Assembly: GCA_964016885.1 (NCBI GenBank)
Contig: OZ024764.1
Location: forward strand, 28,768,001-28,832,000
Source: Eledone cirrhosa
Lineage: Eukaryota
Direction of reading: 5' to 3'
DNA: 64,000 nt
In this document: positions 1 through 10,339 of the stretch, piece after piece
Layout: the number at the start of each line of letters is the position of its first letter
Position numbering within the stretch: the stretch's first letter is position 1
Program-made: the position numbers and the translations under genes
Notes under the pieces: model-generated
What the model was told of the DNA's origin: nothing
The model's input: only the letters and a program-made list of their open reading frames with translations
Database searches by the model: none

Positions 1-384
1 CCAATTTCTCTTACAACGCTCATTATCCATTCTTCTCTGTCTGAATGTTTTCCATTCTGTTGTTTATTATGTAATTAAATAGCTCTGTACAATACATAGA
101 GCACTCTTCTTTTCTTTACCTTTTCTATGGAAATACAAGAACAAACATATAAATATATATATATATGTATATACATAAACAAGACTGTTATTGCTCCAAC
201 CAGTCTATTTACCTTTGATAACTATCCTAAATATAAATACACCTATACCATACATACATATATCATATATGTTTTTGATGCCGTGGTATAGCAGAGATAA
301 GCAAGAAGAGAAAAGAAAATGAAAAGGAGAAAAAAAAAGAAGTAAGAAGTCGGGGGAGGGACAGACACTTCACCCCAGTCTAAG

Positions 385-625
385 TGGTCCCTCAGCCGCA
401 ACCTGTGGAAGAAACGTAAAAGCGTTACCTCGGAGCAAGGCCAGAGACACCTGCTACAATAGTCGCCCCTCCTCATGAGGCTCCTGTTGTCTTTCCTCCC
501 GACTTTATGGAGGAAATCAGTAGTACAGGGACCAAGTATGGCAGAGGTCTCAATGGAGTGGAAGAGGTGAGTCAGGCCTTGGTACTATCTTACTATCCTC
601 TGCATTGCGGGGTGTGGAGCCGAGG
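385..625 (-). pseudogene. Decayed 3' end of an RLE-bearing (CRE-like) non-LTR retrotransposon ORF, family A; copies ~3015-3255, ~22317-22557, ~49639-49879
   Basis: Manual minus-strand translation gives IETSAILGPCTTDFLHKVGRK, a frameshift, then QEPHEEGRLL*QVSLALLRGNAFTF. This resembles the PxAxETxG...QRISLAIQRGNA C-terminus of RLE elements. Confidence 0.7.
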
Positions 626-639
626 TTTGTGGCTGTAGC

Positions 640-764
640 TATATTTGAACTTTTATATGAAATTTCAGTTTTATATTTTTCACATCTTAAAACTTAATCT
701 TAGTCTTTTGCAGCTCATCTTGTTTCATCTCGCAGCACACGATTTGGGAACCACTGCTCTAGAG
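640..764. mobile_element. hAT/Charlie-type MITE right terminus (left boundary uncertain); copies near 3386, 22688, 50010
   Basis: TTTGGGAACCACTG (reverse complement CAGTGGTTCCCAAA) ends at 756 and is followed by the 8-mer CTCTAGAG, the NTCTAGAN target typical of Charlie/hAT. Confidence 0.65.
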
Positions 765-1089
765 ATAGAAAAAGTATATTTTATGCAGGGCTTCCCTGAG
801 ACATAAAAACTATTTCAAGAGATCGACATGGGTAGAAAGGTTGAGAAATGCTGCACAATGTTCTTTGGTTTTTGTTCACCTTTAAATAATCATGTATAAA
901 ATATCGGGTGTGCAAGATTTCATGAAAAGGTATAACATTATTTATGCTGATCTTGCAGGGACTAGCTCCAATTGAGAGTTGTACCAATTCCCACTAAACT
1001 CGAAACTCCTGGACAATATATACATATCTTTATAAGTTCCTGTGTATTGTGTCGCTGTATAATGAAACATAAATATATACCATGCATGT

Positions 1090-1335
1090 CAGTCAGATTT
1101 GAACTCACTATATTTGGCGTTTTATAGATATAATTTGTTTGTTAAAACAATTGATTAAATAATAACTAAATATAATTAATTCTACAATCCTGGATAGGGA
1201 ATGAACTTATAACTGCATAATAGAAGCCATCTATTCGAGCAGTATTGCCATCTAAGCCACCAGGTTACTTACAGAACTTCATTCAAATATAAAATATAAA
1301 ATATATGCCAGACATAGTGAGTTCGAATCTGACTG
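1090..1335. mobile_element. 246-bp MITE with ~29-bp CAGT-starting TIRs (Tc1/pogo-like ends); copies 3720-3965, 50344-50589, truncated at 23021-23035
   Basis: Left CAGTCAGATTTGAACTCACTATATTTGGC versus reverse complement of the right end CAGTCAGATTCGAACTCACTATGTCTGGC (3 mismatches). No TA target duplication is seen. Confidence 0.75.
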
Positions 1336-1449
1336 ATTAGTTGGTCATTGTCCCAGCCAACAGTTTAAATCGCCAACCAGTAGGTGACATCGACTAGGTT
1401 GGGAAAACTTGGTTAAGTAGCTCCAGTTATTGCTACGTTAGACATATCC

Positions 1450-1561
1450 AAGACTTATCGACACTGAATGGAAGAAAGGTAAAGTTGAACTCAGAGTAAA
1501 GAACTGGAAAAATACTGCAAAGAATTCTATCTGATGTTCTAACAATTCTACCAAGTTACCT
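1450..1561 (-). mobile_element. Old degenerate copy of the tRNA-derived SINE; copies ~4080-4191, ~50703-50814
   Basis: Reverse complement GGTAACTTGGTAGAATTGTTAG...TTTACTCTGAGTTCAACTTTACCTTTCTTCC...GTCGATAA aligns loosely to the SINE at 12042-12210. Confidence 0.6.
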
Positions 1562-1642
1562 CATGTGTATATATTTATATCTAGAGATAAGAAGAAAACT
1601 GAAAGAAAGAAAAGAAAAAAAATGAGACCTTATATGTAACCC

Positions 1643-2355
1643 ATGTTACAACTCAATATATATATATTTGGGTTGTAACATATTCCTGCCGGTGAAATAA
1701 AAATTTTAATAGAAAAACGGCGGGAATATATGTTACAACCCAATCTATATATATTTGAGTTGTAACATATATTCCCGCCGTTGAAATAAAAATTTTAATA
1801 GAAAAACGGCGGGAATATATGTTACAATCCAATCTACATATATTTGGGTTGTAACATATATTCCCGCCGTTGAAATAAAAATATTAATAGAAAAACGGCG
1901 GGAATATATGTTACAACCCAATCTACATATATTTGGGTTGTAACATATATTCCCGCCGTTGAAATAAAAATTTTAACAGAAAAACGGCGGGAATATATAT
2001 TACAACCCAAACATATATAGGTTGGGTTGTAACATATATTCCCGCCGTTTTTCTATTAAAATTTTTATTTCAACGGCGGGAATATATGTTACAACCCAAA
2101 TATATATAGATTGCGTTGTAACATATATTCCCGCCGATTTTCTATTAAAATTTTTATTTCAACGGCGGGAATATATGTTACAACTCAAATATATATAGAT
2201 TGGGTTGTAACATATATTCCCGCCGTTTTTCTATTAAAATATTTATTTCAACGGCGGGAATATATGTTACAACCCAAAAATATGTAGGTTGGGTTGTAAC
2301 ATATATTCCCGCCGTTTTTCTATTAAAATTTTTATTTCACCGGCGGGAATATATA
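1643..2355. repeat. Palindromic 89-bp tandem array (foldback-like), ~8 units, inverted about ~2015
   Basis: Unit = 28-bp AACGGCGGGAATATATGTTACAACCCAA, 11-nt spacer, its reverse complement, 22-nt spacer. AACGG ends at 1720, 1809, 1898 and 1987 (period 89). The 22-nt spacer switches orientation after ~2048. Confidence 0.95.
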
Positions 2356-2374
2356 CCCTGAGAGACTGAGAAAT

Positions 2375-2650
2375 CTCTTTCAAAGAGATTTCTCAGTCTC
2401 TCAGGGTATATTTGCAATGGTGGCAACATAACCTTTCCTTTATTACAACAGTTACAATTTTCATTTCTAAATTTCAAAGCTCCACAGTGATCACACGAAA
2501 CATTCATATCACTAATATGAAATTCTTCTACATTTCCATTAATATTAATTGTTGGCAATTTCTCTTACGACGCTCATTATCCATTCTTCTCTGTCTGAAT
2601 GTTTTCCAGTCTAAGTCTATTTGCATGGAATAATTATATTCTGTTGTTTA
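2375..2650 (-). pseudogene. Helitron RepHel N-terminal fragment (truncated copy)
   Basis: MNVSCDHCGALKFRNENCNCCNKGKVMLPPLQIYPERLRNLF, the CxxC...CCxxGKV N-terminal motif; same as 12257-12694. Confidence 0.85.
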
Positions 2651-2727
2651 TTATGTAATTAAATAGCTCTGTACAATATATATAGCATTCTTCTTTTCTT
2701 TACCTTTTCTATGGAAATACAAGAACA

Positions 2728-2790
<63 letters not shown>

Positions 2791-4827
2791 ATGTGTGTAT
2801 ATACATAAACAAGACTGTTATTGCTCCAACCAGTCTATTTACCTTTGATAACTATCCTAAATATAAATACACCTATACCATACATACACATATTATATAT
2901 GTTTTTGATGCCGTGGTATAGCAGAGATAAGCAAGAAGAGAAAAGAAAATGAAAATGAGAAAAAAAAAGAAGTAAGAAGTCGGGGGAGGGACAGACACTT
3001 CACCCCAGTCTAAGTGGTCCCTCAGCCGCAACCTGTGGAAGAAACGTAAAAGCGTTACCTCGGAACAAGGCCAGAGACACCTGCTACAATAGTTGCCCCT
3101 CCTCATGAGGCTCCTGTTGTCTTTCCTCCCGACTTTATGGAGGAAATCAGCAGTACAGGGACCAAGTATGGCAGAGGTCTCAATGGAGTGGAAGACGTGA
3201 GTCAGGCCTTGGTACTATCTTACTATCCTCTGCATTGCGGGGTGTGGAGCCGAGGTTTGTGGCTGTAGCTATATTTGAACTTTTATATGAAATTTCAGTT
3301 TTATATTTTTCACATCTTAAAACTTAATCTTAGTCTTTTGCAGCTCATCTTGTTTCATCTCGCAGCACACGATTTGGGAACCACTGCTCTAGAGATAGAA
3401 AAAGTATATTTTATGCAGGGCTTCCCTGAGACATAAAAACTATTTCAAGAGATCGACATGGGTAGAAAGGTTGAGAAATGCTGCACAATGTTCTTTGGTT
3501 TTTGTTCACCTTTAAATAATCATGTATAAAATATCGGGTGTGCAAGATTTCATGAAAAGGTATAACATTATTTATGCTGATCTTGCAGGGACTAGCTCCA
3601 ATTGAGAGTTGTACCAATTCCCACTAAACTCGAAACTCCTGGACAATATATACATATCTTTATAAGTTCCTGTGTATTGTGTCGCTGTATAATGAAACAT
3701 AAATATATACCATGCATGTCAGTCAGATTTGAACTCACTATATTTGGCGTTTTATAGATATAATTTGTTTGTTAAAACAATTGATTAAATAATAACTAAA
3801 TAAAATTAATTCTACAATCCTGGATAGGGAATGAACTTATAACTTCATAATAGAAGCCATCTATTCGAGCAGTATTGCCATCTAAGCCACCAGGTTACTT
3901 ACAGAACTTCATTCAAATATAAAATATAAAATATATGCCAGACATAGTGAGTTCGAATCTGACTGATTAGTTGGTCATTGTCCCAGCCAACAGTTTAAAT
4001 CGCCAACCAGTAGGTGACATCGACTAGGTTGGGAAAACTTGGTTAAGTAGCTCCAGTTATTGCTACGTTAGACATATTCAAGACTTATCGACACCGAATG
4101 GAAGAAAGGTAAAGTTGAACTCAGAGTAAAGAACTGGAAAAATACTGCAAAGAATTCTATCTGATGTTCTAACAATTCTACCAAATTACCTTATGTATAT
4201 ATATTTATATCTAGAGATAAGAAGAAAACTGAAAGAAAGAAAAATGAGACCTTATATGTAACCCATGACCAGGATTGAAACCGAAACCATGACTACCACC
4301 ATCTCTGGTATCACCCACCAGACCACCATGAAAGATACAAACATCTGCTTTTTTAATATTTATAAGCTTACTTTCAATATTAAAGTAATTAACATGTGGT
4401 GTTGTTCATGCCTTTCTCTATGTTATTGGTAAAAAATAAAGTATTTAAACCTCAAATTTTGTTATTCAAATATGCTTGCTTATGTAATTATAAATGTCGC
4501 AGAATACACACACATATATAGATGTGAAAATATTCAGGACCCCAACGGCTGTGCTACTGCCGTTTCGACATCTATATATATATCTTTTAGTCCTAGGCTC
4601 TTTCAGCGCAGAAAGAATTCTCCAATGATCACAACCAGCTAATGGTGCCCAGTGGAAGCACTTTAGTCGAATTATAACCCCAACGATCACGATTAGCGGC
4701 GGCTTTTTCGAGTCTGAGGTTGACTGCCAGATATATATATATATATCTATATATATATATTTTTTTTTATACTTTGCTAGAATCCCGGAGAACAACAGAA
4801 AGATGCTGAGTTCAGAGTTTAAAAAAC

Positions 4828-5515
4828 ATGTCCCCTTTAATATAAAAACAATCCGAGTCTTGTAAAAGTGTTATTACTGTAATATAAAGTAGAAACCCTT
4901 TATTTAAACAAAGCTGCGATGCAGCGATCATCAAAGCTAACCCCAAAATGTAAACAAACTTCTCGCAGGTGCTGCCAGATACACGATAACATGTGTATAC
5001 GAAGTGTAACAGGGAGTTGGGTCGTATTATATGACATTCAAATTGACCCCTATTATATTCAAATTATCCGCTGTGGGGCGTGCACCCCACGTTGAGAATC
5101 CCTCATAAATAAATATATGTGAGTGTGTTGCTATGACTGCTATTTCTAGCAGGTTTACTGCAGTCCTGTAGACGCACAACAAAAACCGGAAGTGGCAGCC
5201 ATTAAAAAACTTTGGCTTAAAATCAGCCAAAAGATTTTCAATAATAGTAAAATTTTATTTTTGACAAGGACGATAACTTTTGTCTTACTTAATCGCAAAA
5301 ATCGAGGCAAAAATTTTGAGGGTGTGCAGTTTACACGCTAAAAATAAACCTGCTAGACATAGCAGTCATAGCAACTCACTTACATATATTTATATATCAT
5401 ATATATATATATATGATATATATATTGACACTTTAGAAATAGCAGCGAATAACAGAAAGGACACACACACATATATATATATATACACACACACACATAT
5501 ATATATATGCCCTAG

Positions 5516-5567
<52 letters not shown>

Positions 5568-5980
5568 TATATATATATGCCCCAGCATACACACACACAC
5601 ACACATATATATACATATATATATATATATGCCCCAGCATGGTCTTGGACGATCGTCTAACTAAGGCCAATAATAAAATACTTCAAAATAAATTAAACAC
5701 TACTAAATCCGGGGTTACAACTTGGATTACTTAAAAGTCAGTAAAGCTGTAAAGATTCTATATTGTAAATAGGTGGTCGCATGTTCGAATCCGGGCAAAT
5801 CCCGAGAAAAATAACAAAAAGGACAATGTAAAAATAACAGCCATAGACGAGAGGAGGACACACACATATACACACACATGTATATATATATATGTGTGTG
5901 TCTGTGTATGTGTTTGGCTGCTATATATATATATAGCGGTCAACACACACACACGTACATATATAAGTGTGTGTGTTTGG

Positions 5981-6014
<34 letters not shown>

Positions 6015-6500
6015 ATATAAATATACGTGAGTTGCTATAACTGCTATTTCTAGCAGGTTTATTTTAGCGTGTAAACTGCACACCCGCAAAATTTTTGCCT
6101 CGATTTTTGCGATTAAGTAAGACAAAAGTTATCGTCCTTGTCAAAAATAAAATTTTACTATTATTGAAAATCTTTTGGCTGATTTTAAGCCAAAGTTTTT
6201 TAATGGCTGCCACTTCCGGTTTTTGTTGCGCGTCTACAGGACTGCAGTAAACCTGCTAGAAATAGCAGTCATAGCAACACACTCACATATTTTTATTTAT
6301 GAGGGATTCTCAACGTGGGGTGCACGCCCCACAGGGGATAATTTGAATATAATAGGGGTCAATTTGAAAGTCATATAATACGACCAAGCTTCCAGATACA
6401 CTTCGTATACACATGTTATTTGAAGTTTGTTTTGATCATCGCTGCATCGCAGCTTTGTTTAAATATAGGGTTTCTACTTTATATTACAGTAATAAAAGTT
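4828..6500. mobile_element. Long inverted-repeat module (arms ~4828-5400 and ~6010-6500 around a microsatellite-rich spacer), probably non-autonomous DNA transposon(s); copy ~51460-53275
   Basis: ORF pairs 5027-5230(-)/6175-6378(+) and 5280(+)/6125(-) are mirror images. Outer motif TTAAAGGGGA(A)CAT and internal AATGGCTGCCACTTCCGG are Kolobok/T2-MITE-like (tentative). Confidence 0.75.
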
Positions 6501-6634
6501 TTACTTCGTCTACACATGTTATCGTGTATCCGGCAGCACCTATGGGCTGTTTGTTTATACTTTGGTGTTTATTTTGATCATCGCCTCATCGCAGGTTTGT
6601 TTAATTAAAGGTTGCGAGGGGGATCACTGATATA

Positions 6635-6672
<38 letters not shown>

Positions 6673-6756
6673 ACGAAAAGACACACACATATATATACAT
6701 ACACGCAGACATACACCTGTGTGTATGTGTATGTGCGTGTGTGCGTGTCTTTGGCT

Positions 6757-6817
<61 letters not shown>

Positions 6818-6932
6818 GTGTATATATATACAGACACACACTGTTGTTTCTTGATTTTTAGCTGCTGTTTCTAAAGTGTCTATTAATATATGCTAGAAAT
6901 AGCAGTCAAGGGAACATTTACGTATATATATG

Positions 6933-7330
6933 TAAGGACAGTGACACCTGCTGCAGCAGGCATCCAACCTCGTGGGACTCCATCCTCAGACGGGCCACAG
7001 ACACTGCGATGTTGCGGAGGAGCTCGGCTGTAATGGGTCCAAGTTGGCCCGGGGTCTCGACGGCGGCTGGTGCTTAGAAGAGGCTCCAGGACAAACACCG
7101 GAATTTGTTTATTTTATGTTCATCTGCGAGACGGGCAGCGATGCTGGGGTTTGTGGATCTACCTCCTTCGAATGGGAAGAGGGTGATTCCCTCGCGGTGC
7201 TTGCCATCTCCGCGGCCTAGGCCTGCTGGCTCCAGTTGAGATGGAAATTCAGCTGCGTCCAGGCTTCTTCTCACTATGTCGTTGAGAGCATTTATGTGGC
7301 TCACACACGCGGAGGCCAAGGCGTTGGGCT
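6933..7330 (-). pseudogene. RLE (restriction-like endonuclease) C-terminal fragment of a CRE-like non-LTR retrotransposon, family B
   Basis: ALNDIVRRSLDAAEFPSQLEPAGLGRGDGKH(P/R)EGITLFPF matches LNDII..LEP.GL.R.DGKRPDG.TL.PW. It continues in frame through one stop as AARLADEHKINKFRCL..*APAAVETPGQLG...LLQQVSL. Confidence 0.8.
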
Positions 7331-8730
7331 ACTCCGATGCGAGTTCAATCATCATCAAGAATTTATTTGAATTGAAAGGTCACTAAACTAATATAGGAGT
7401 GTCATTTAAAAATAAGGTAAACAGAAATAGTTACACCGGTAACATAATTACTGTTACACCGGTAGTTCACTAACAATTCATTTCACGTTCCTCTCTAACA
7501 GGTAATGTTTTAATTTGCTCTCCATGTTGGGGAGTAACTGTAGTTTGGCTTGCTAGGGGGTCATACATCTTCATACACACATACTATATATATATATACA
7601 AAGGAAAGGAAGATAAACAAATATCAGAGGATTTGACCGGCTTCTTCCTCTTGGCACCTGTAGCCACCATGACGTATAAGTATAAATACATATCTATCTA
7701 TCTATATATATATCATCATTTTCATTTTACGTCTGCTTTTCCCTGTTTGCAAGGGTGGGGCATATATATATATATCATCATCATTATACCTCCACTTTTC
7801 CCCGCTTGGCAGCACCTACGAGAAGTTTGTTTTGATCATCGCTGCATCGTAGCTTTGTTTAAATAAAGGGTTTCTACTTTATATTACAGTAATAATACTT
7901 TCAGAATACTCGGATTGTTTTTATATTAAAGGGGAACATAAACATATTTTAGAGGAGGGGTGTGGAACAGAAAAGTTTGGCGACCACTGATACACACACA
8001 CATTTATTTACTATATATATAATATATACATATATATGTCTGTGTGTGTATACTATATATATATATATATGTACAGGGAGGTCGAAGCATTTCAGAATTT
8101 TTCTAGGCGGCGGGGGGGGGGGTGCAAATCCCCCTCTTTATATCAATTAGCACACACTCTCTCCCTCTCTATATCTACTACACGGCACTCTCTTCCAATA
8201 CCCCTCTCTATATGAAGTAACACCAAACTCTCCCCCTCTCTATATATTAAGCACTAAGTCAGGAATTTTTTTCTTCTTTCGTGCAGAGAGAGTAAAGTTG
8301 ATTAAATCTACTGCAGTGAATTACTGGTATTTTATTTAATAAAAATTAAAATTTACTACTTGTCTTCGTTTAATTTTCGTTTTTCTTTACATAGTTTCGT
8401 TTCGTTAAATGTCTCCAGAATTTGTTTTTACTTTTACCGGATATTGAAGGTGTAAACTTGGTGTTGTCTAGAAACGTGTTAGAAATATTTTTCTTTTAAT
8501 TGTGAAGAATTTAACCGCAAAGTAAGTTTTTTTTTACTGTTTATTTGTGGCTGGGACAACGTATGGTATGTGTTAATGTAAATGGTGAAGGTTTAAAGAT
8601 TCTTTTTACAACTGAAAATCAGTTTGTTGTTGCTGCTAATTACTTAACGCATGGAATAGATTAAAAAAATACAGGATTGTTTCTCGGAAGAGAGAAAGAA
8701 GGAACAAAACAAATCACAGAAGCGGGTAGC

Positions 8731-8907
8731 ACACACATTTGGGACCACATACAACACAAAAACAGGTAATGCACACATCTGGGACCACATACAACACACC
8801 AGCAGGTAATACATACATCTAGGACCACATAAGCAGGTAATACACACATCTAGGACCACATACAACACACAAGCAGGTAATACACACATCTAGGACGACA
8901 TACAACC
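8731..8907. repeat. 40-bp minisatellite, ~4.5 copies; copy ~54803-54979
   Basis: Unit ACACACATCT(A/G)GGACCACATACAACACACAAGCAGGTAAT, one unit shortened. Confidence 0.85.
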
Positions 8908-8989
8908 AAAGGCAGGCGAAAGGGGTGGACAAACGAGCTGCTACTAGAGCAAAAGATAACAGTATCGCGAGGAGCACTGGGAAACCTCT

Positions 8990-9205
8990 CTAATGATTTT
9001 TTAGGCAAGACAGCACGTCTGCAGCGTTACCTCGGGCGATGGCGAGGCTGAGGAGCTGGAACAACCAAGTGCCCTCACGAGCTTCACCAGTCACCTTCGT
9101 CAGGCTAGCCGCCAGTGAAGATAGGAATCTCGCAGTCAGTATCCCGACTCCCCCAAACGCCTCAGGCTGGAAAATGTAGTTGGCCGACAGATCACAGTAT
9201 TACTT
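8990..9205 (-). pseudogene. RLE/CRE-like retrotransposon ORF 3' end, family C; copy 55062-55277
   Basis: Manual translation: K*YCDLSANYIFQPEAFGGVGILTARFLSSLAASLTKVTGEAREGTWLFQLLSLAIARGNAADVLSCLKNH*. Confidence 0.8.
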
Positions 9206-9231
9206 AACTGTGATAGATATTCTGTCTAAAG

Positions 9232-9290
9232 GAGGGGCGTGCAACAGGCGGCCCGCGGGCCACAATCGAGCCCACCTTAATACTTCTGTT
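9232..9290 (+). mobile_element. hAT/Charlie-like left terminus leading into the 55-bp array; longer copy 55304-55423
   Basis: GTCTAAAG (target-like 8-mer) followed by GAGGGGCGTGCAAC..GGCCCGCGGGCC with repeated GGCCC subterminal motifs. Confidence 0.55.
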
Positions 9291-9768
9291 AGTTGACCTA
9301 TACTAAAGGACTTCACTGATAGGGTTATATGTGTTATAATTTCCCAGTTGACCTATACTAAAGGACTTCACTGATAGGGTTATATGTGTTATAGTTTCCC
9401 AGTTGACCTATACTAAAGGACTTCACTGATAGGGTTATATGTGTTATAGTTTCCCAGTTGACCTATACTAAAGGGCTTCACTGATAGAGTTATATGTGTT
9501 ATAGTTTCCCAGAGGGCTTCACTGATAGGGTTATATGTGTTATAGTTTCCCAGTTGACCTATACTAAAGGACTTCACTGATAGGGTTATATGTGTTATAG
9601 TTTCCCAGTTGACCTATACTAAAGGACTTCACTGATAGGGTTATATGTGTTATCGTTTCCCAGTTGACCTATACTAAAGGACTTCACTGATAGGGTTATA
9701 TGTGTTATAGTTTCCTAGTTGACCTATACTAAAGGGCTTCACTGATAGAGTTATATGTGTTATAGTTT
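9291..9768. repeat. 55-bp minisatellite, 9 units (one truncated)
   Basis: AGTTGACCTATACTAAAGGACTTCACTGATAGGGTTATATGTGTTATAGTTTCCC at 9291, 9346, 9401, 9456 and onward. Confidence 0.95.
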
Positions 9769-10005
9769 GAAACAAACTACCTGCATCAGTTATTATACTT
9801 TTATAACACCGCTATATTACCTACATGAAAGAGGTAAATATTTATTTCTCTTGTCTTCTTAAATGTATAGAACATTTTTCTTATATATATTCTTAACATA
9901 GCTAGGACCGTTTATTATTTACTAGTCTCTACTCCTAGGACTTTGCTGGTCTCATGTCCCCTCCATCAACACACACTCGGTAGAAAGCTGGTCGTCGGAG
10001 GTAAA

Positions 10006-10146
10006 GTGGCCCTGATTACAGGTCTAGTATTGAAGCCTTTCGGCTTGAGCCTTGCTGATGCCGACAGAGTTCCTGTGGTAGTTTTGGTAGCACAGGTGAC
10101 ATTTTATTGTGTTTAGGTACCGGCTAGTGCGGACACAGAGAGCACA
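10006..10146 (-). pseudogene. Decayed PHD-finger coding segment; copies 19384-19524, 56304-56444
   Basis: CALCVRTSRYLNTIKCHLCYQNYHRNSVGISKAQAERLQY*TCNQGH has C4HC3 spacing. The three deviations (TCT, TAG, GGC) are each one base from TGT, TGG and TGC. Confidence 0.7.
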
Positions 10147-10339
10147 ATCAGGTGGTGAGCTGGCAACGACCAAGTGTAGAGGGCCAGCTTTGAAATTCGA
10201 GCGACGGAGTGAACTAGTAAAAGAGGCAGGGTAAGCAGCATTGGTTCTAACGGTGGGACTAGAACGGAGGTTGGGTGGTGCTGGGGTGGGCTAACAGCTA
10301 ACAGTTGTAGGAGTGGTGGGGGTTTGCTAGGATTAATTT

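Larger units (their letters stand above)
1..1645. repeat. Segmental copy of the mosaic module (Helitron 5' stub plus flank); other copies at ~2555-4267, ~21923-23035 (partial) and 49255-50897
   Basis: Near-identical by eye; ORF track repeats at offsets 2630 (243 to 2873) and 49254 (243 to 49497). Departs from the other copies right after TATATGTAACCCATG. Confidence 0.95.

Noticed and set aside
715-735. TGTTTCATCTCGC in the hAT MITE as the seed of the CT satellite motif
   Set aside because: Only a ~13-nt low-complexity match, and it is not conserved in the 22.6-kb copy.
5768-5800. tRNA gene (GTTCGAATCC B box), also ~52428-52460
   Set aside because: No cloverleaf or clear A box; at most a SINE-like remnant.
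5280-6841. Y/I/T/H- and R/E-repeat ORFs, also at 13.5, 52 and 53.6 kb
   Set aside because: Translations of (TA)n, (CA)n and (CT)n microsatellites.
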